The position numbers and the translations under genes are program-made. A stretch of DNA of 64,000 nt from Eledone cirrhosa. Taxonomy: Eukaryota. Shown here piece after piece: positions 13,408 to 28,905 of the stretch (positions are counted from its first letter, which is position 1; the number at the start of each line of letters is the position of its first letter). The notes beneath the pieces were generated by a model, which saw only the letters and a program-made list of their open reading frames with translations, ran no database searches and was not told the DNA's origin. The stretch is from positions 163,680,001-163,744,000 of the forward strand of contig OZ024741.1 of NCBI GenBank assembly GCA_964016885.1. Direction: 5' to 3'.

Positions 13408-13665
13408 GGAGGCGCGTGACTTAGTAGTTAAGCTATTCGACTCACGATCGTAAGGTCTTGAGTTCGATTCTCGACATTGCGTTACCCCAGTCAACTCAGC
13501 TTGCCAAAATGAGTTGTACCTAGAATTCAAAGGGCCAGCCTTATCACATTCGGCGTCAAGCGTGTCTATGTAATGCTCAGCCAGTTGCACGTTAATTTCA
13601 CTAGCAGGCTCATCCGTTCTTTGTCTCAACTGGAACACTCATCGTCATAACCGACGGAGTGTCAG
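13408..13665 (+). mobile_element. tRNA-derived SINE, second family (related copy on - strand ~36035-36330)
   Basis: tRNA-like head tgacttagtagttaa..gagttcgattc; tail ctcagccagttgcacgttaatttcac...gtcataaccgacggagtg. Confidence 0.75.
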
Positions 13666-13747
13666 TTTTAAAAAGTAGAGACATTTATTTATACATACCC
13701 ACACACATCTATATATATATATACAAATGGGTGTGTATGTATATATC

Positions 13748-13789
<42 letters not shown>

Positions 13790-13875
13790 TATCTATCTAT
13801 CAAGTATATGTGTGTATATATATGTGTATAATATATATATATATGTGTGTGTGTGTGTGTATAATATATATATAA

Positions 13876-13931
<56 letters not shown>

Positions 13932-13980
13932 ATTTATTTATACGTATATATATATATACGTATAAATAAATACACATATA

Positions 13981-14106
<126 letters not shown>

Positions 14107-14416
14107 AATGTATAATATATCATCCAAGTGTTAAAATCATCCAAGTGGAAATTTGTTAACAATAGCGTTACATTACAAGATCTTTACAATTACCGGCTGT
14201 TAAAACAAGTGATGTGTAAACTTTTAGTAAAAGAAAGACAAACAGAGAAGCGTTTTAATGTTTGTACGGATGTCTTGCTTTATGGCAAATGAATCACTGT
14301 TGTCCTTGGCAATTCCATCACAGAACTATTTACATATTAAGAGTGTTTCGCAAACATTTATACACACATAATCATACATATGCGTAATAGCCCTAGAGAC
14401 AAGAAAAGTAGATAGA

Positions 14417-14480
14417 ATCCCCTGCGAGAAATCGAACACCGCGTCTCTCGGATGCCGTCCGAGTACGTTAATCACTACAT
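14417..14480 (-). pseudogene. tRNA-like fragment (SINE head or tRNA pseudogene)
   Basis: Minus strand tgtagtgattaacgtactcggacggcatccgagagacgcggtgttcgatttc has A/B boxes and an anticodon-arm-like hairpin. Confidence 0.45.
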
Positions 14481-14539
14481 TCAATTTTAAATTTTAAATT
14501 TTCCCAATGCTTCTTCAGTTAGCAGTTTTTTTTTTACTC

Positions 14540-15330
14540 ATGATCCATATGACAAGTGCAATGTGTCCGAACACGGAAACGCTGAACTCCCACTATCATC
14601 GCCTCCATCTCTCTCGCCCTCGCCATCTCTCTGTATTGTGAACAAATGGGGTCCCACGTGTTGGCCACTCCACAGCCTCAGCGGACAGAATGGAGAAGGC
14701 GTTTTCCCGGAGGATGGTAAGGGAGATGTGCTGGAAGAGCCATTCCATCTCGCGAGGCTCACACCTGCGGCTGGCCAGCTCATCATCTATGGTGGTGAGT
14801 AGGGAGGTAGCCCTAAGGCCAAGGACACAAGAAGTCTCCACTGCCAATGGCACGACCGCAAACCTGTCGGAGGGCGACCGGTACTTTCACAGTTTTCACT
14901 CCTCAGCTCGAAGTACAGCAGAATCTGGGTTAGTCGCAGACTGCACCAGGTAGCGGTTGGAGAAAGTGTCGCTGCAAGTGGCATCCCAGACGAGGGGTTT
15001 GCCACTGTGGAACGGGAATATGGTCACAACAGCTGGCCTTTTGCCGGTCCCTCGGTCCAGCCCCACCGGCTCCAGCTGGGAGGAGAAGCCTGCAGCATCC
15101 AAGCCATGCTTCGTTGAGGGCAGAATGGCGTGGAAGGCGGTCGGCACCTTAGCGACAGGGAAGCAAAAGAGTCTACGGTGGATCGGCAGCGATATTTGTG
15201 TGGCTCGCATATCCGGAGGCCTAGCCTCAGGGAAACGCCAATGCGTAGGCTATCATTATCCAGCTGTGTGCCAGTGGAGAAGAGGGGGAAGCATGGAGCC
15301 AATCTTGTAAAAAAAAGCGGTACTAGTAAC
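14540..15330 (-). mobile_element. CRE-like non-LTR retrotransposon 3' fragment (restriction-like endonuclease)
   Basis: GKRP..GKPLVWDATCSDTF..AEE..KY..PLAVETS..WLFQHISLTILRENA. Confidence 0.8.
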
Positions 15331-15464
15331 CAATGGTTCATTACCGTAGTATTTAACACATTAACTTGACATGCATGAAAGTCAGAGTTCGCTTCTTTAC
15401 AGACTCGTTTGTAATGATAAATTTTCCAGATTTTCTCAGTTATTATTTATAGGCCTTTTATGAT

Positions 15465-15585
15465 CTGAGTTCAAATCCCGCCGAGGTTAACTTTGCCTTT
15501 CATCCTTACGGGGTCGATAAAATAAAATACCAGTAATACACTGGCGTAATTGCTGGCCTTGTGCGAAAAGTAGAAACAATTATTT
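15465..15585 (+). mobile_element. Nin-core SINE, 5'-truncated
   Basis: gagttcaaatcccgccgaggttaactttgcctttcatcc... Confidence 0.85.
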
Positions 15586-15634
15586 ATAGTTATCGACTAT
15601 TATCTTGCTCATCTGTGTTGAACAACTACATTTC

Positions 15635-15665
<31 letters not shown>

Positions 15666-16266
15666 GTATATGTATGTGTGTATGTGTGTGTGTATGTGTG
15701 TGTGTGTGTGTGTATGTGTGTGTGTGTGCGTGCGTGCGTGTGTGTGTACGTGTGTGTACGTGTGCCTGTTTGTGTGTGCGATATTGTCGGACGTGAGAAG
15801 GGGGACTTAATACCGAAATCTATTTAATATACTGCACTTTATTATGGCTAAATGGTGAATCTTATTACTAAATGTTTTGTGGTAGATATACAGTATAAAT
15901 TGAGGGGAGGAGGAGACGGCTGTTTTTGAATAGGATGAGGATATGCAGAGGAATGTTTTTAATGGAGATGTGGTCATAGAGAGGATATGAGGAAGGAGAA
16001 GAAGAAAGACAAAGGAGTGCGAGAACAAAGAAAAATGAGGGAATATAGAGAAAGTCAAGAGAGCAAAGCAGTAAAAGGAAGGAAGAAAAGCAAAAATAAA
16101 CGGAAAGGGGGGAGGGGAACAAGAAGGGAAGGGTGAAGGTCTAGAAGAACCTAGAAAAATGTATGAGAGAGAGTGCTGCAATAAAGCATCCTCAGAGATA
16201 ATCTAAATAGAATAGTCAGCTGAAAGTAAGCTTCTAGTGAATAGGTGCTTATGTTGATGGTATATG

Positions 16267-16305
<39 letters not shown>

Positions 16306-16332
16306 CTGATGATGGCATATGATGATGATATG

Positions 16333-16385
<53 letters not shown>

Positions 16386-16516
16386 ATGATGATGATGATG
16401 ATGATGATGATGAATAGATAAATAAACTAAAAGGGGTGAGTAGATGTCGATAGAAGAATGCTTTAGAAACTTCTGGTGGAATTAAAGGTGCTTGAGATGA
16501 TTCTAAATAGGAGATA

Positions 16517-16560
<44 letters not shown>

Positions 16561-16714
16561 AAACAAAATTAATAAAATTAAAATAATAAAGTCAAATAAA
16601 TTAAGTGGGCAAGTGTGTGTGTATCAGTTATTAGAAAATGTATTGAAATAATATAAAAATGAAAATAAACGAATAAAATAAAATTAAGATGTAGAGACTG
16701 GTGGTCAGCTGAGG

Positions 16715-17060
16715 AATATTTAAGGAAGATGAACAAATACCGGGGATTGTCCGGCTGTTTCCTCTTCGCACCGTTCGCTGTCGAAACCTCAGGCGTACTT
16801 CGACCACTTACTGCTGAACTCATCCGCAAGCCCGGAACAGCAATAGCCCGTCTGAAGAAGGAGCCCCGCGTGGTGGCGTGGCTGTTGCAGCGGGTGTCGC
16901 TGGCCATTGTCCACAATGAATGCTTTTCCGGTGATGTCTGCGGTGCGCAGCCCTAATACCGCTGCGCCCTAGGTCCAGAGCCTATCAACCCCCTCCTCAT
17001 TCTTCTGTGACTCTAGAGCCCTTGGCTTCCTCTTCCTTTTCCCTTTTTATATTTTCTTTT
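16715..17060 (+). mobile_element. CRE-like RLE 3' fragment
   Basis: KYRGLSGCFLFAPFAVETSGVL...WLLQRVSLAIVHNE. Confidence 0.75.
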
Positions 17061-17166
17061 TTCACATTCCGTTCTTTCTTCTCAATCTAATTATTGGATG
17101 ACTAATAATGATATGACAGAGGATTTCAAAATGAAATAAAGCTAAATTATAAAATAATACATTCAG

Positions 17167-17242
<76 letters not shown>

Positions 17243-17289
17243 CAAAAATGTCTAATTTTCAATCACCTAAAAACTGCCAACCTACTCCT

Positions 17290-17566
17290 GCCTTAATATG
17301 CCGTCCACCTCGTGGTCCCGGCCACAGGATGGCTAAGACAGGAGGACGGCAACGGAGACGCACTGAAACAGCCACATCACCCCGCGGGGCTCGCACCTGT
17401 GAGTAGCCAACTCCACTCAAATACCAATGAGCAGGTTAGTGGTCTTGAGGCCAAGAACGCTGGAAGTCTCCACTGCTACAAACCTATGAGAAAGCAGTCT
17501 ATATTTTGACGGTTTGCCCTCTTCGGCCTGACGTGCAGCGAGGCCTGGGCTGGTTGCCGAACACTG
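17290..17566 (-). mobile_element. CRE-like RLE 3' fragment
   Basis: Minus translation QCSATSPGLAARQAEEGKPSKYRLLSHRFVAVETSSVLGLKTT is homologous to 14800-14945. Confidence 0.7.
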
Positions 17567-17639
17567 TATGCTTAATTAAAAGCATTTCGAAGACCTTATG
17601 CTATTGTTTTAGAGTAGTGACAGACTCACTTACTTTAAT

Positions 17640-17729
17640 TTCAGCAAACAGGGGAAGATAAAGCTGACAAGGCCTTGTTTCGCATTTATTGATGCTTATC
17701 AAAGCCAACTACTCCTCCTGTTTGCTGAA
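17640..17729 (-). ncRNA. Type I hammerhead ribozyme, U3-A8 variant, with extended stem I
   Basis: Minus: ggct-TTGATAA-gcat caataa atgc-GAAA-caaggccttg-TC-agct, closed by ttcagcaaacagg/cctgtttgctgaa. GUC site; predicted cut between 17666 and 17665. Confidence 0.85.
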
Positions 17730-17953
17730 AACATGGATGTTTGGTTCTTATAGAATTCTAGTAAATAATCAGGAACTGATTATCAGAGCGGTTGCCGGTC
17801 AAGCAGAAATTGAAAATTAGAATTGGTGCTCTGAAATAGCTATATATATATGAATGTATATACAGTGTATTTTGCAATACACTGTATGCTTAATTAAAAG
17901 CATTTCGAAGACTCTATGCTATTATTTTAGAATAGTGACAGACTCACCTTAAT

Positions 17954-18043
17954 TTCAGCAAACAGGGGGAGATAAAGCTGACAAGGCCTTGTTTCGCATT
18001 TATTGATGCTTATCAAAGCCAACTACTCCTCCTGTTTGCTGAA
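17954..18043 (-). ncRNA. Type I hammerhead ribozyme, second copy
   Basis: Identical core; predicted cut between 17980 and 17979. Confidence 0.85.
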
Positions 18044-18124
18044 AAATCATGGATGTTTGGTTCTCATAGAATTCTAGTAAATAATCAGGAACTGATTATA
18101 CTGAGCGGTTGCCAGTCAAGTATA

Positions 18125-18213
<89 letters not shown>

Positions 18214-18219
18214 ATAATA

Positions 18220-21929
<3,710 letters not shown>

Positions 21930-22036
21930 GTATATATATATGTATGTATGTAAAAGGTAAACAGAGATTACAACACGATCGGTACAGTATATGGAAGGGA
22001 TATATTAGGTTAACGCTTGATATAGCAGGAAGAGGG

Positions 22037-22072
22037 TCCTAACGTTTCGGACGCTAGTACTTCATCAGAAGA
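22037..22072 (-). ncRNA. Minimal type I hammerhead in a Penelope pLTR remnant (~21950-22500)
   Basis: Minus: tctt-CTGATGA-agtactagcgtcc-GAAA-cg-TT-agga; palindromic aacgtt helix III. Confidence 0.7.
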
Positions 22073-22499
22073 AAGAATGAGAAATGAAATAGATTGAGGC
22101 GACGGGCGGGTTGGAATTGGAAAACATGTCTTTAGATAAATAAATAACAGGTCCATTCATGTCGACATCTCTTGCAAAACTGTTGGTGCTGGCGTTTTGT
22201 GTATGATTTATTTTTTAGAAAAGTGGATGATAGAACGCGTCTACGTGAAATGGAAAAAAAAACCCTTTTGTAAAAATAGCTATACTTGTGCACGTGCGTA
22301 AGCATGTGTGTGTGCGTGTGTGCGTGTGTGTGCGTTATTATACGCCCGTATAAGAAATGTGTGTGTATATGTGAGTAAAATAGTGTGTGTGCATGTAAGT
22401 ACGAAGCTATGATCAAAAGTATGTTAATATAAGGGTGTGTATGTATATATATACAGAGCAGTGAAGGGAAAAGTGGAGGTGAATTGAGTCCAAGAAGAG

Positions 22500-22569
<70 letters not shown>

Positions 22570-22862
22570 CGAGAACCGCATTTCGGCTATTGGAAATTAG
22601 CGAAAAACAACTTCTGAGATGTGTGGCAAGCGCTCCATAGAAGCTAGTGAACTAGAGCAACAACATAAGTTAAAAGGCCAAACATACTGAGACGATGGTT
22701 AAACCATTATCCGCAAAGCCATAGAAACGACCAAGCTATTCGGGTCAAACAAATAATAAAATACGATTGAAAATTATACCCGAACCCCTGGAAACGGTGG
22801 TATGATCCAATATGGTGTTTCTGCAACTCCTAAATCAGGTACTGTCTGCTTAAACAAATAAT

Positions 22863-23054
22863 TGTTTCTACTTTTAGCCCAAGGGCAGCAAATTATCCAG
22901 GGTATTACTGGTACTTTATTTTATCGACCCTGTAAGGATGAAAAGCAAAGTTAACCTCGGCGGGATTTGAACACAGATTGGAAAGGGCCGTAACCCTATG
23001 CGTGAAAGCATGGCGACCGACCGACCCTACCGATACTGCCAATCCACCGCCCTC
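22863..23054 (-). mobile_element. Nin-core SINE
   Basis: Family match; TSD ctgcttaaacaaataat. Confidence 0.9.
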
Positions 23055-23098
23055 TGCTTAAACAAATAATGTTAAGCCTTTGGTATGATGTATGTATG

Positions 23099-23218
<120 letters not shown>

Positions 23219-23614
23219 CATACATACATACATATACACATATATACATACCTGTGAATGACTGTTGTATTTTAAACCAAACTGCATTATAGTTTTCTCT
23301 TTTTCCATCAATCTCATTTCATATTTCAACTATTAGCTTCTTGTTGTTTCCAAACGTTCATAGAACCACTGAAGGAAGTAATTGTGATGCAAGTTGGTGT
23401 CTCATTATAGTTTGTGATTAGTTTATGTTATCTGTGCATATGTATTATCATTGACTGCACTGTGCTGTGCTGTGCTGTGCTGTGCTGTGGGTATAACTCC
23501 CAATAGAATATCTGGCATCGCAATCAGATTTCTAAATCACATTACTGATTGGGCGACTGTTCGATGGGATTGCACAATTAAGAACAGTTCTACATGTTTG
23601 CATCAACACACACA

Positions 23615-23688
<74 letters not shown>

Positions 23689-23824
23689 CGTGTGTGCGCG
23701 TGGTTGTTTGATATATACACATATATATGTTGTTAATTCAATAATATAATAGTTTTGTATAATTTACCGCTACCTTCTAAACGTCAATCTCACCAATTAG
23801 TCTTTTTCAAACAATAGCTATATG

Positions 23825-24021
23825 GTTATAAACTTTTACAATTTTGGAAGAGGAAAAGTCGATTAAATCGACTACAGTGTATTACTGGTACTTTATTTTA
23901 TCAACCCCACCCCGTAAAGATGAAAGGAAAACCTAACCTCGGCAGGATTTGAACTCAGAACTTGAAGGATCATAAATCTATGCCGATAAGCATGTTGTCC
24001 GGCGCTCTACTGATTCTGCCA
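23825..24021 (-). mobile_element. Nin-core SINE (diverged)
   Basis: actggtactttattttatc...gatgaaagg...atttgaactcag. Confidence 0.8.
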
Positions 24022-24035
24022 AATAAGAACAAATA

Positions 24036-24072
24036 ACCGCTTCTCAGCCCTTTGACTAAGATCAAAGTGTAG
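24036..24072 (+). pseudogene. U2: U2 snRNA 5'-fragment retropseudogene
   Basis: accgcttctcagccctttgactaagatcaaagtgtag matches U2 nt 1-~37; flanked by 15-bp TSD aataagaacaaataa (24022-24036 and 24073-24087). Confidence 0.85.
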
Positions 24073-24312
24073 AATAAGAACAAATAAGCCCAAGATAGTC
24101 ACGAATGAAATGCTTTGATCTTGGGCTACAAGATCAGTTGAAAATTTGTACGACAAATTATCTGGTATATAGATAAATGTTTAGTCAGCATTGTCTAATG
24201 ATGTATAGTATATAATATAATATGATATACAAACATATATATGCTTTCGTGCAGGCGTGTGTGTGTGTATGTGTATGTGTGTGTATGTGTGCGTGTGTGT
24301 GTCTGTATGTCT

Positions 24313-24382
<70 letters not shown>

Positions 24383-24987
24383 ATGAGTCAGTATATATAA
24401 TGTTATCAGTAGTCTTTCTGGTTAAGTGTTTAATTTTGTTTATATACGTTAAGTGATTTCCATTTTTGTCCTCATAATTTCCTCCTTGGAGTTGTATTGC
24501 TTCCTCTCCTCTTGTTTCTTGACACTTACTCTCACTTATTTCTATGTATCGTATTTCTTAACAACTCGCTTTAATTGATATATCTTGATAAATGTTTCTT
24601 GGAAATTCCCTCTAGCTTAGTATTATTTTTATCTCTTTTTTTTTTTTGTTGCTGCGGATGCATCACACCGACATTGCCATAAGTATACATGTTCATTCTA
24701 TATCTTCAAATATTTTATTGTTTCCAGCATCTGTCTTTAACACTCTCATTAGTAAATTGCTCCTCTCTGTAAATAGAGGAAAATATTTGTCGTTTTTATC
24801 AGTTTTTTGTTGTCTATTTTAACAGATCTTACATCGCTTTCCTTGATAATTTTAGCTGGAAATGTACCTTTTTTTATTTGCTTTCGTGCCTTTTGAACTG
24901 TATACCAATTAGTAACCTCCCATAATATTTATGGGGAGGGGGGCGTTCTAAGCTGTACTTTCATGACCTGTTGGCGTTTATATGTGT

Positions 24988-25018
<31 letters not shown>

Positions 25019-25180
25019 CATACATACACATATATATATACATATATATATATAAATATATATATATATTTAGATTAACAGTCAACGTTGATGTATAATA
25101 TATAATATAATATGATATACAAACATATATATGCTTTCGTGCAGGCGTGTGTGTGTATGTGTATGTGTGTGTATGTGTGC

Positions 25181-25261
<81 letters not shown>

Positions 25262-25270
25262 CATATATAC

Positions 25271-25325
<55 letters not shown>

Positions 25326-25339
25326 TATATATATATTAG

Positions 25340-28105
25340 AAAGTGTAGTTTTTTTACAAAATGAAAAATAACCGAGGTGTCCTACACGAGTGAAAGTATA
25401 AAGAAAAAAAGATGAAATCGAAAATGCAACTGGAGTCTTATTTCAAAAAAATATGTATATATTTATTTGGTTCCTTTACAGGTTTCGCACTCTCTTCCGC
25501 ATTTCAAAAGTAGAGTTGAGATGGAGGGTCTGTGGTTTTTCTCACATCTGGTTGGTCTTTGAATGTTACTTGTTTTATATGGAAAAAAGTGGCTCGAAAC
25601 GCCATTTTTTTAGAGAAGTAATTTGATTGGTTGGTGAATAAGTATAATAAATTTCGCGCCAGTTCGCATTAAAAAGTTCTTCAAACAAGGCGGGGGGCTC
25701 AAGTTGTTTTTTCATATATCAGTGAAGTTTGGTTGGTTGATGCAGTCACGTGAATAAGCACATCAGCTTTCGCGCCAGTTTGTTTGAATTTCTTTTTACT
25801 TAAAAAAAGGGACCCACGAAGGCTTTTTTTTATCAATTTAATTTGATTGGTTATAAATAAAATTATGACTGTCACGTGAACAAGTTCATTAAATTTCGCG
25901 CCCGTATTTGGGAATTTATTTTGTAGCCTTTTAGAGAATTTTATGACAAACAAAAGATAATGGTCAAGAAAAATGGGATGGGAGAATTGTTCTGGTTCAG
26001 TAAATATGGCTGGTTCGCTGGGGTGTCAGAATTCAGACTTCCTATTGAAATAAAGAAAGTAGAGATATGTATGTTTATTTGTGTGCTTGTGTGTGTGTGT
26101 GTGTGTGTATAGGAAGATGATTCTATTAGTATAAATGGGGGAGGGAGTTGTCTGTGTGTGTATACGGGTGGTGTGAGTGGGGGGGGTATGTTAAGATGGA
26201 GAGAATATATATATTTTGTGTGGGTGTATGTGTGTAGGAAAGTGATTCTATTAGTAGAAATGGGGGAGGGAGTTGCGTATGTGTGTGTGTGGGGGGAGGG
26301 TTTATGTGTGTGTGTATGGGTGTTATGTGTGTGTGAGAGTATGGTTAGCATGTTAAGATGAAGAGAATATATATTTTCTGTGTGTGTGTGTGTGTAGGAA
26401 AATGATTCCGTTAGTAGAAATATTTTTGAATGAACATATTTTCCTTATTTATTCTTATTTGTTCTGTTGTATTGTCAGCGCAAACGTATGTTAAGGTATA
26501 TTTAGTTCGGGTTTTTATTTTCTAAAGTAGAAAGGTGTTATGTGTGTGTGTATGTGTCTGTTTGGATGGTTAGCATGTTATGGCGTTGACATAATGTATA
26601 TTAAACCATATTTAATGCTGGTCTATATTTTTGAATAAACATATTTTCCTTATTTATTCGTATTTGTTCTGTTGTATTTTCAGTGCAAAGGTAAAGGGGG
26701 AAGACTTGGAATTTGGGTGTCTTATTACTTGCGCATATGTCTAGATAGCACTTAGTGGTATCTGTCTCGTGGTTGGATCTCGTGTTGGCGATGAACTGTC
26801 ATTCTGTTTCTGAGTGTGAGTTTAGTTTGTCCTATATAATCTTCATTACATCCTTTACATTTAATGGTATAAAGTAGATTTTTTGATGAGCAAGTGAAGT
26901 GATTTGTTACAGCAAAATGTTGTCCTGATTGAAATGTATACGTGTTGCCTTCAATGAGGTGAGTGCAGGTTCCACAATTAGAGCAACCACATTTTTTGAC
27001 AGTTGGTTGTGGGTTTGTGGTAGGTAATTTGGCATTGGTGAGTAATGTTTTCAGTGATTTCGGTTGTCTTTTGCTTTTGATTATTTTGTGTGTTTCAAGG
27101 GCTTTTTTCATTCTTGGGTCTTGTTTCAATAGTGAGATGTTCTTGTGAATAGTGTTGTAAGCTTCCGCATTTCTTGGGTTGTGTGTTGAGATATATGATA
27201 GAATATTGGACGTACCTTGAATTTGTTTCTGTTTTCGTAATTCATCAATGCCTATTGCTTTAGCCCTTTCTATTCCGTTATTTATTAGTAATGGTGGGTA
27301 CTGTCTTTCGAGTAGAATTTCCTTTAATTCTTGAAGTCTTTTATTTCGCGTTTCATAATTGGAGACAATTGTGCAAATTCTTCTTGCTAGGTTAAAAGGA
27401 ATGTTCGTCTTCGTGTGCTTTGGATGGTTGGAGGTGAATAGCAGGTATTGTTTAGAATCTGTTGGTTTTTAGTGTATGTCAGTTTCAATATTTGTGTCTT
27501 ATTTTAAGATTAAGATGTCCAGAAATGGGAATTGATCTTGGCTGTATTCCATTGCGAATTGGATGTGGTTATTGATGCCGTTAATTAAATTTTTGAAATC
27601 ATTCAGTTGGTCGAGTGTGTGGGACCAAAGAATGAGACAATCATCCAAGTAGCGTTTCCAATTCTCTGATAAATATTTGTGGAAGTTCAATCCGTATTTT
27701 GATTTGGACTGTTCATAAATCTGGACTTCTAAGTATGCCATAACTAAGTTGGCATAAGTTGGAGCGGATTTTGTACCCATATTTGCTTGTAAGTACTGCC
27801 ATCGAAATCAAAAAAGTTGTTCTGTAAGATAAATCCTAATCCCTCGGTAATGAAGCTTTTTTCTATTCTGCCAGGTATCTCATTGGGATATTTCTCTAGC
27901 CAGAATTTTATTGCTTGTAGTCCGTATTGGTGTGGGATCGTTGTGTAGTGATTCACTACATCGAAAGACACAATAATAGTGTCGTTGTTGACATGTTTGG
28001 GGAGGTGCTTTAATAGGTCCAGACGTCTCTTACAAGGCTTGGTATGTGTTTGAGAATTGGTTTTAATAGTATGTCCATAAAGTTGCTCAGTCTGTGTGTT
28101 TCACA
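25340..28105 (-). mobile_element. Decayed Penelope-like element (Neptune-type) with 3' region/pLTR
   Basis: RT motifs SFDVVNHYT, MGTKSAPTYANL, WKRYLDD, FPFLD; linker KKCGCSNCGTC; GIY-YIG LLYTIKCKGCNEDYIGQT. Confidence 0.9.
25620..25910. promoter_or_regulatory. Triplicated module of CCAAT, E-box and E2F-consensus motifs inside the Penelope 3' region
   Basis: TTTCGCGC at 25652, 25768, 25894; GATTGG at 25625, 25845; GTCACGTGA at 25745, 25871; TTTGAA at 25783. Confidence 0.45.
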
Positions 28106-28111
28106 TTGTAT

Positions 28112-28188
<77 letters not shown>

Positions 28189-28227
28189 CGAGACTCTCTT
28201 TTATCAAATTATATATATATATATATA

Positions 28228-28476
28228 TATAAACTTAGGAAAATTAACAAAGGGAAGACAAGACAACGAGCGAATACAAGCCAAAACGAAAAATAATTTG
28301 TTGAAGGGAAAACCTTAAAACATTATTGTTTGGAAATACAAACGAAATACATAACTTTGTGTTTTTCTTTCCAAAAACTAATTTTTTAATGTTTCCCCTT
28401 CGAAAAATTGTTTTTCGCTTTGCCTTGTTTTCGTTTGTTGTCTGATCTTCTCTTTCTTAATTTTTCTACGTTTATT
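28228..28476. mobile_element. Palindromic AT-rich MITE (half-copy at ~29295-29432)
   Basis: Imperfect arms aaacttaggaaaattaacaaagggaag.. and ..cttctctttcttaatttttctacgttt. Confidence 0.65.
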
Positions 28477-28491
28477 ATTACTAACCTCTGA

Positions 28492-28905
28492 GGGCGGTGG
28501 ATTGGCAGTATCGGTAGAGGGTCGGACGCCATGCTTTGCAGCAAAGAGTTACAGCCCTTTATGGTCTGAGTTCAAATCCCGCTGAGGTTAACTTTGCCTT
28601 TCATCCTTATGGGGTCGATAATATAAAGTAAAAGTAATGCACTGGGTAATTGCTGGCCTTGTGCCAAAAGTAGAAATAATTATTACTAACCTCTGATAGG
28701 GCGGTAGATTGGCTGTATCGGTAGAGGGTCGGACGCCATGCTTTGCAGCATAGAGTTACGATCTGCGTTCAGTTCCCGCTGAGGTTAACTTTGCTTTTCA
28801 TCCTTAAGGGATCGATAAAATAAAGTACCAGTCACGCACTGGGATCGATTTAATCGACTTTTCCCCTCCCCCAAAATTGGTGGCCTTGTGCCTATATCAG
28901 AAAAC
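28492..28905 (+). mobile_element. Two Nin-core SINEs in tandem
   Basis: Two full copies; attattactaacctctga occurs three times (before, between, after). Confidence 0.9.

Larger units (their letters stand above)
17561..18120 (-). mobile_element. Retrozyme-like tandem repeat (~1.75 copies of a 314-318 nt non-coding unit, one HHR per unit)
   Basis: Units start at 17561 and 17879, are highly similar, have no ORF and contain multiple internal hairpins. Confidence 0.8.

Noticed and set aside
24195-25155. ~70-bp direct repeat (24200 and 25090)
   Set aside because: Low-complexity and microsatellite-adjacent; likely a local duplication
25470-25560. HHR half motif (minus GCGAAACCTGTAAAGG) in the Neptune pLTR
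   Set aside because: No matching CUGAnGA-type half found nearby
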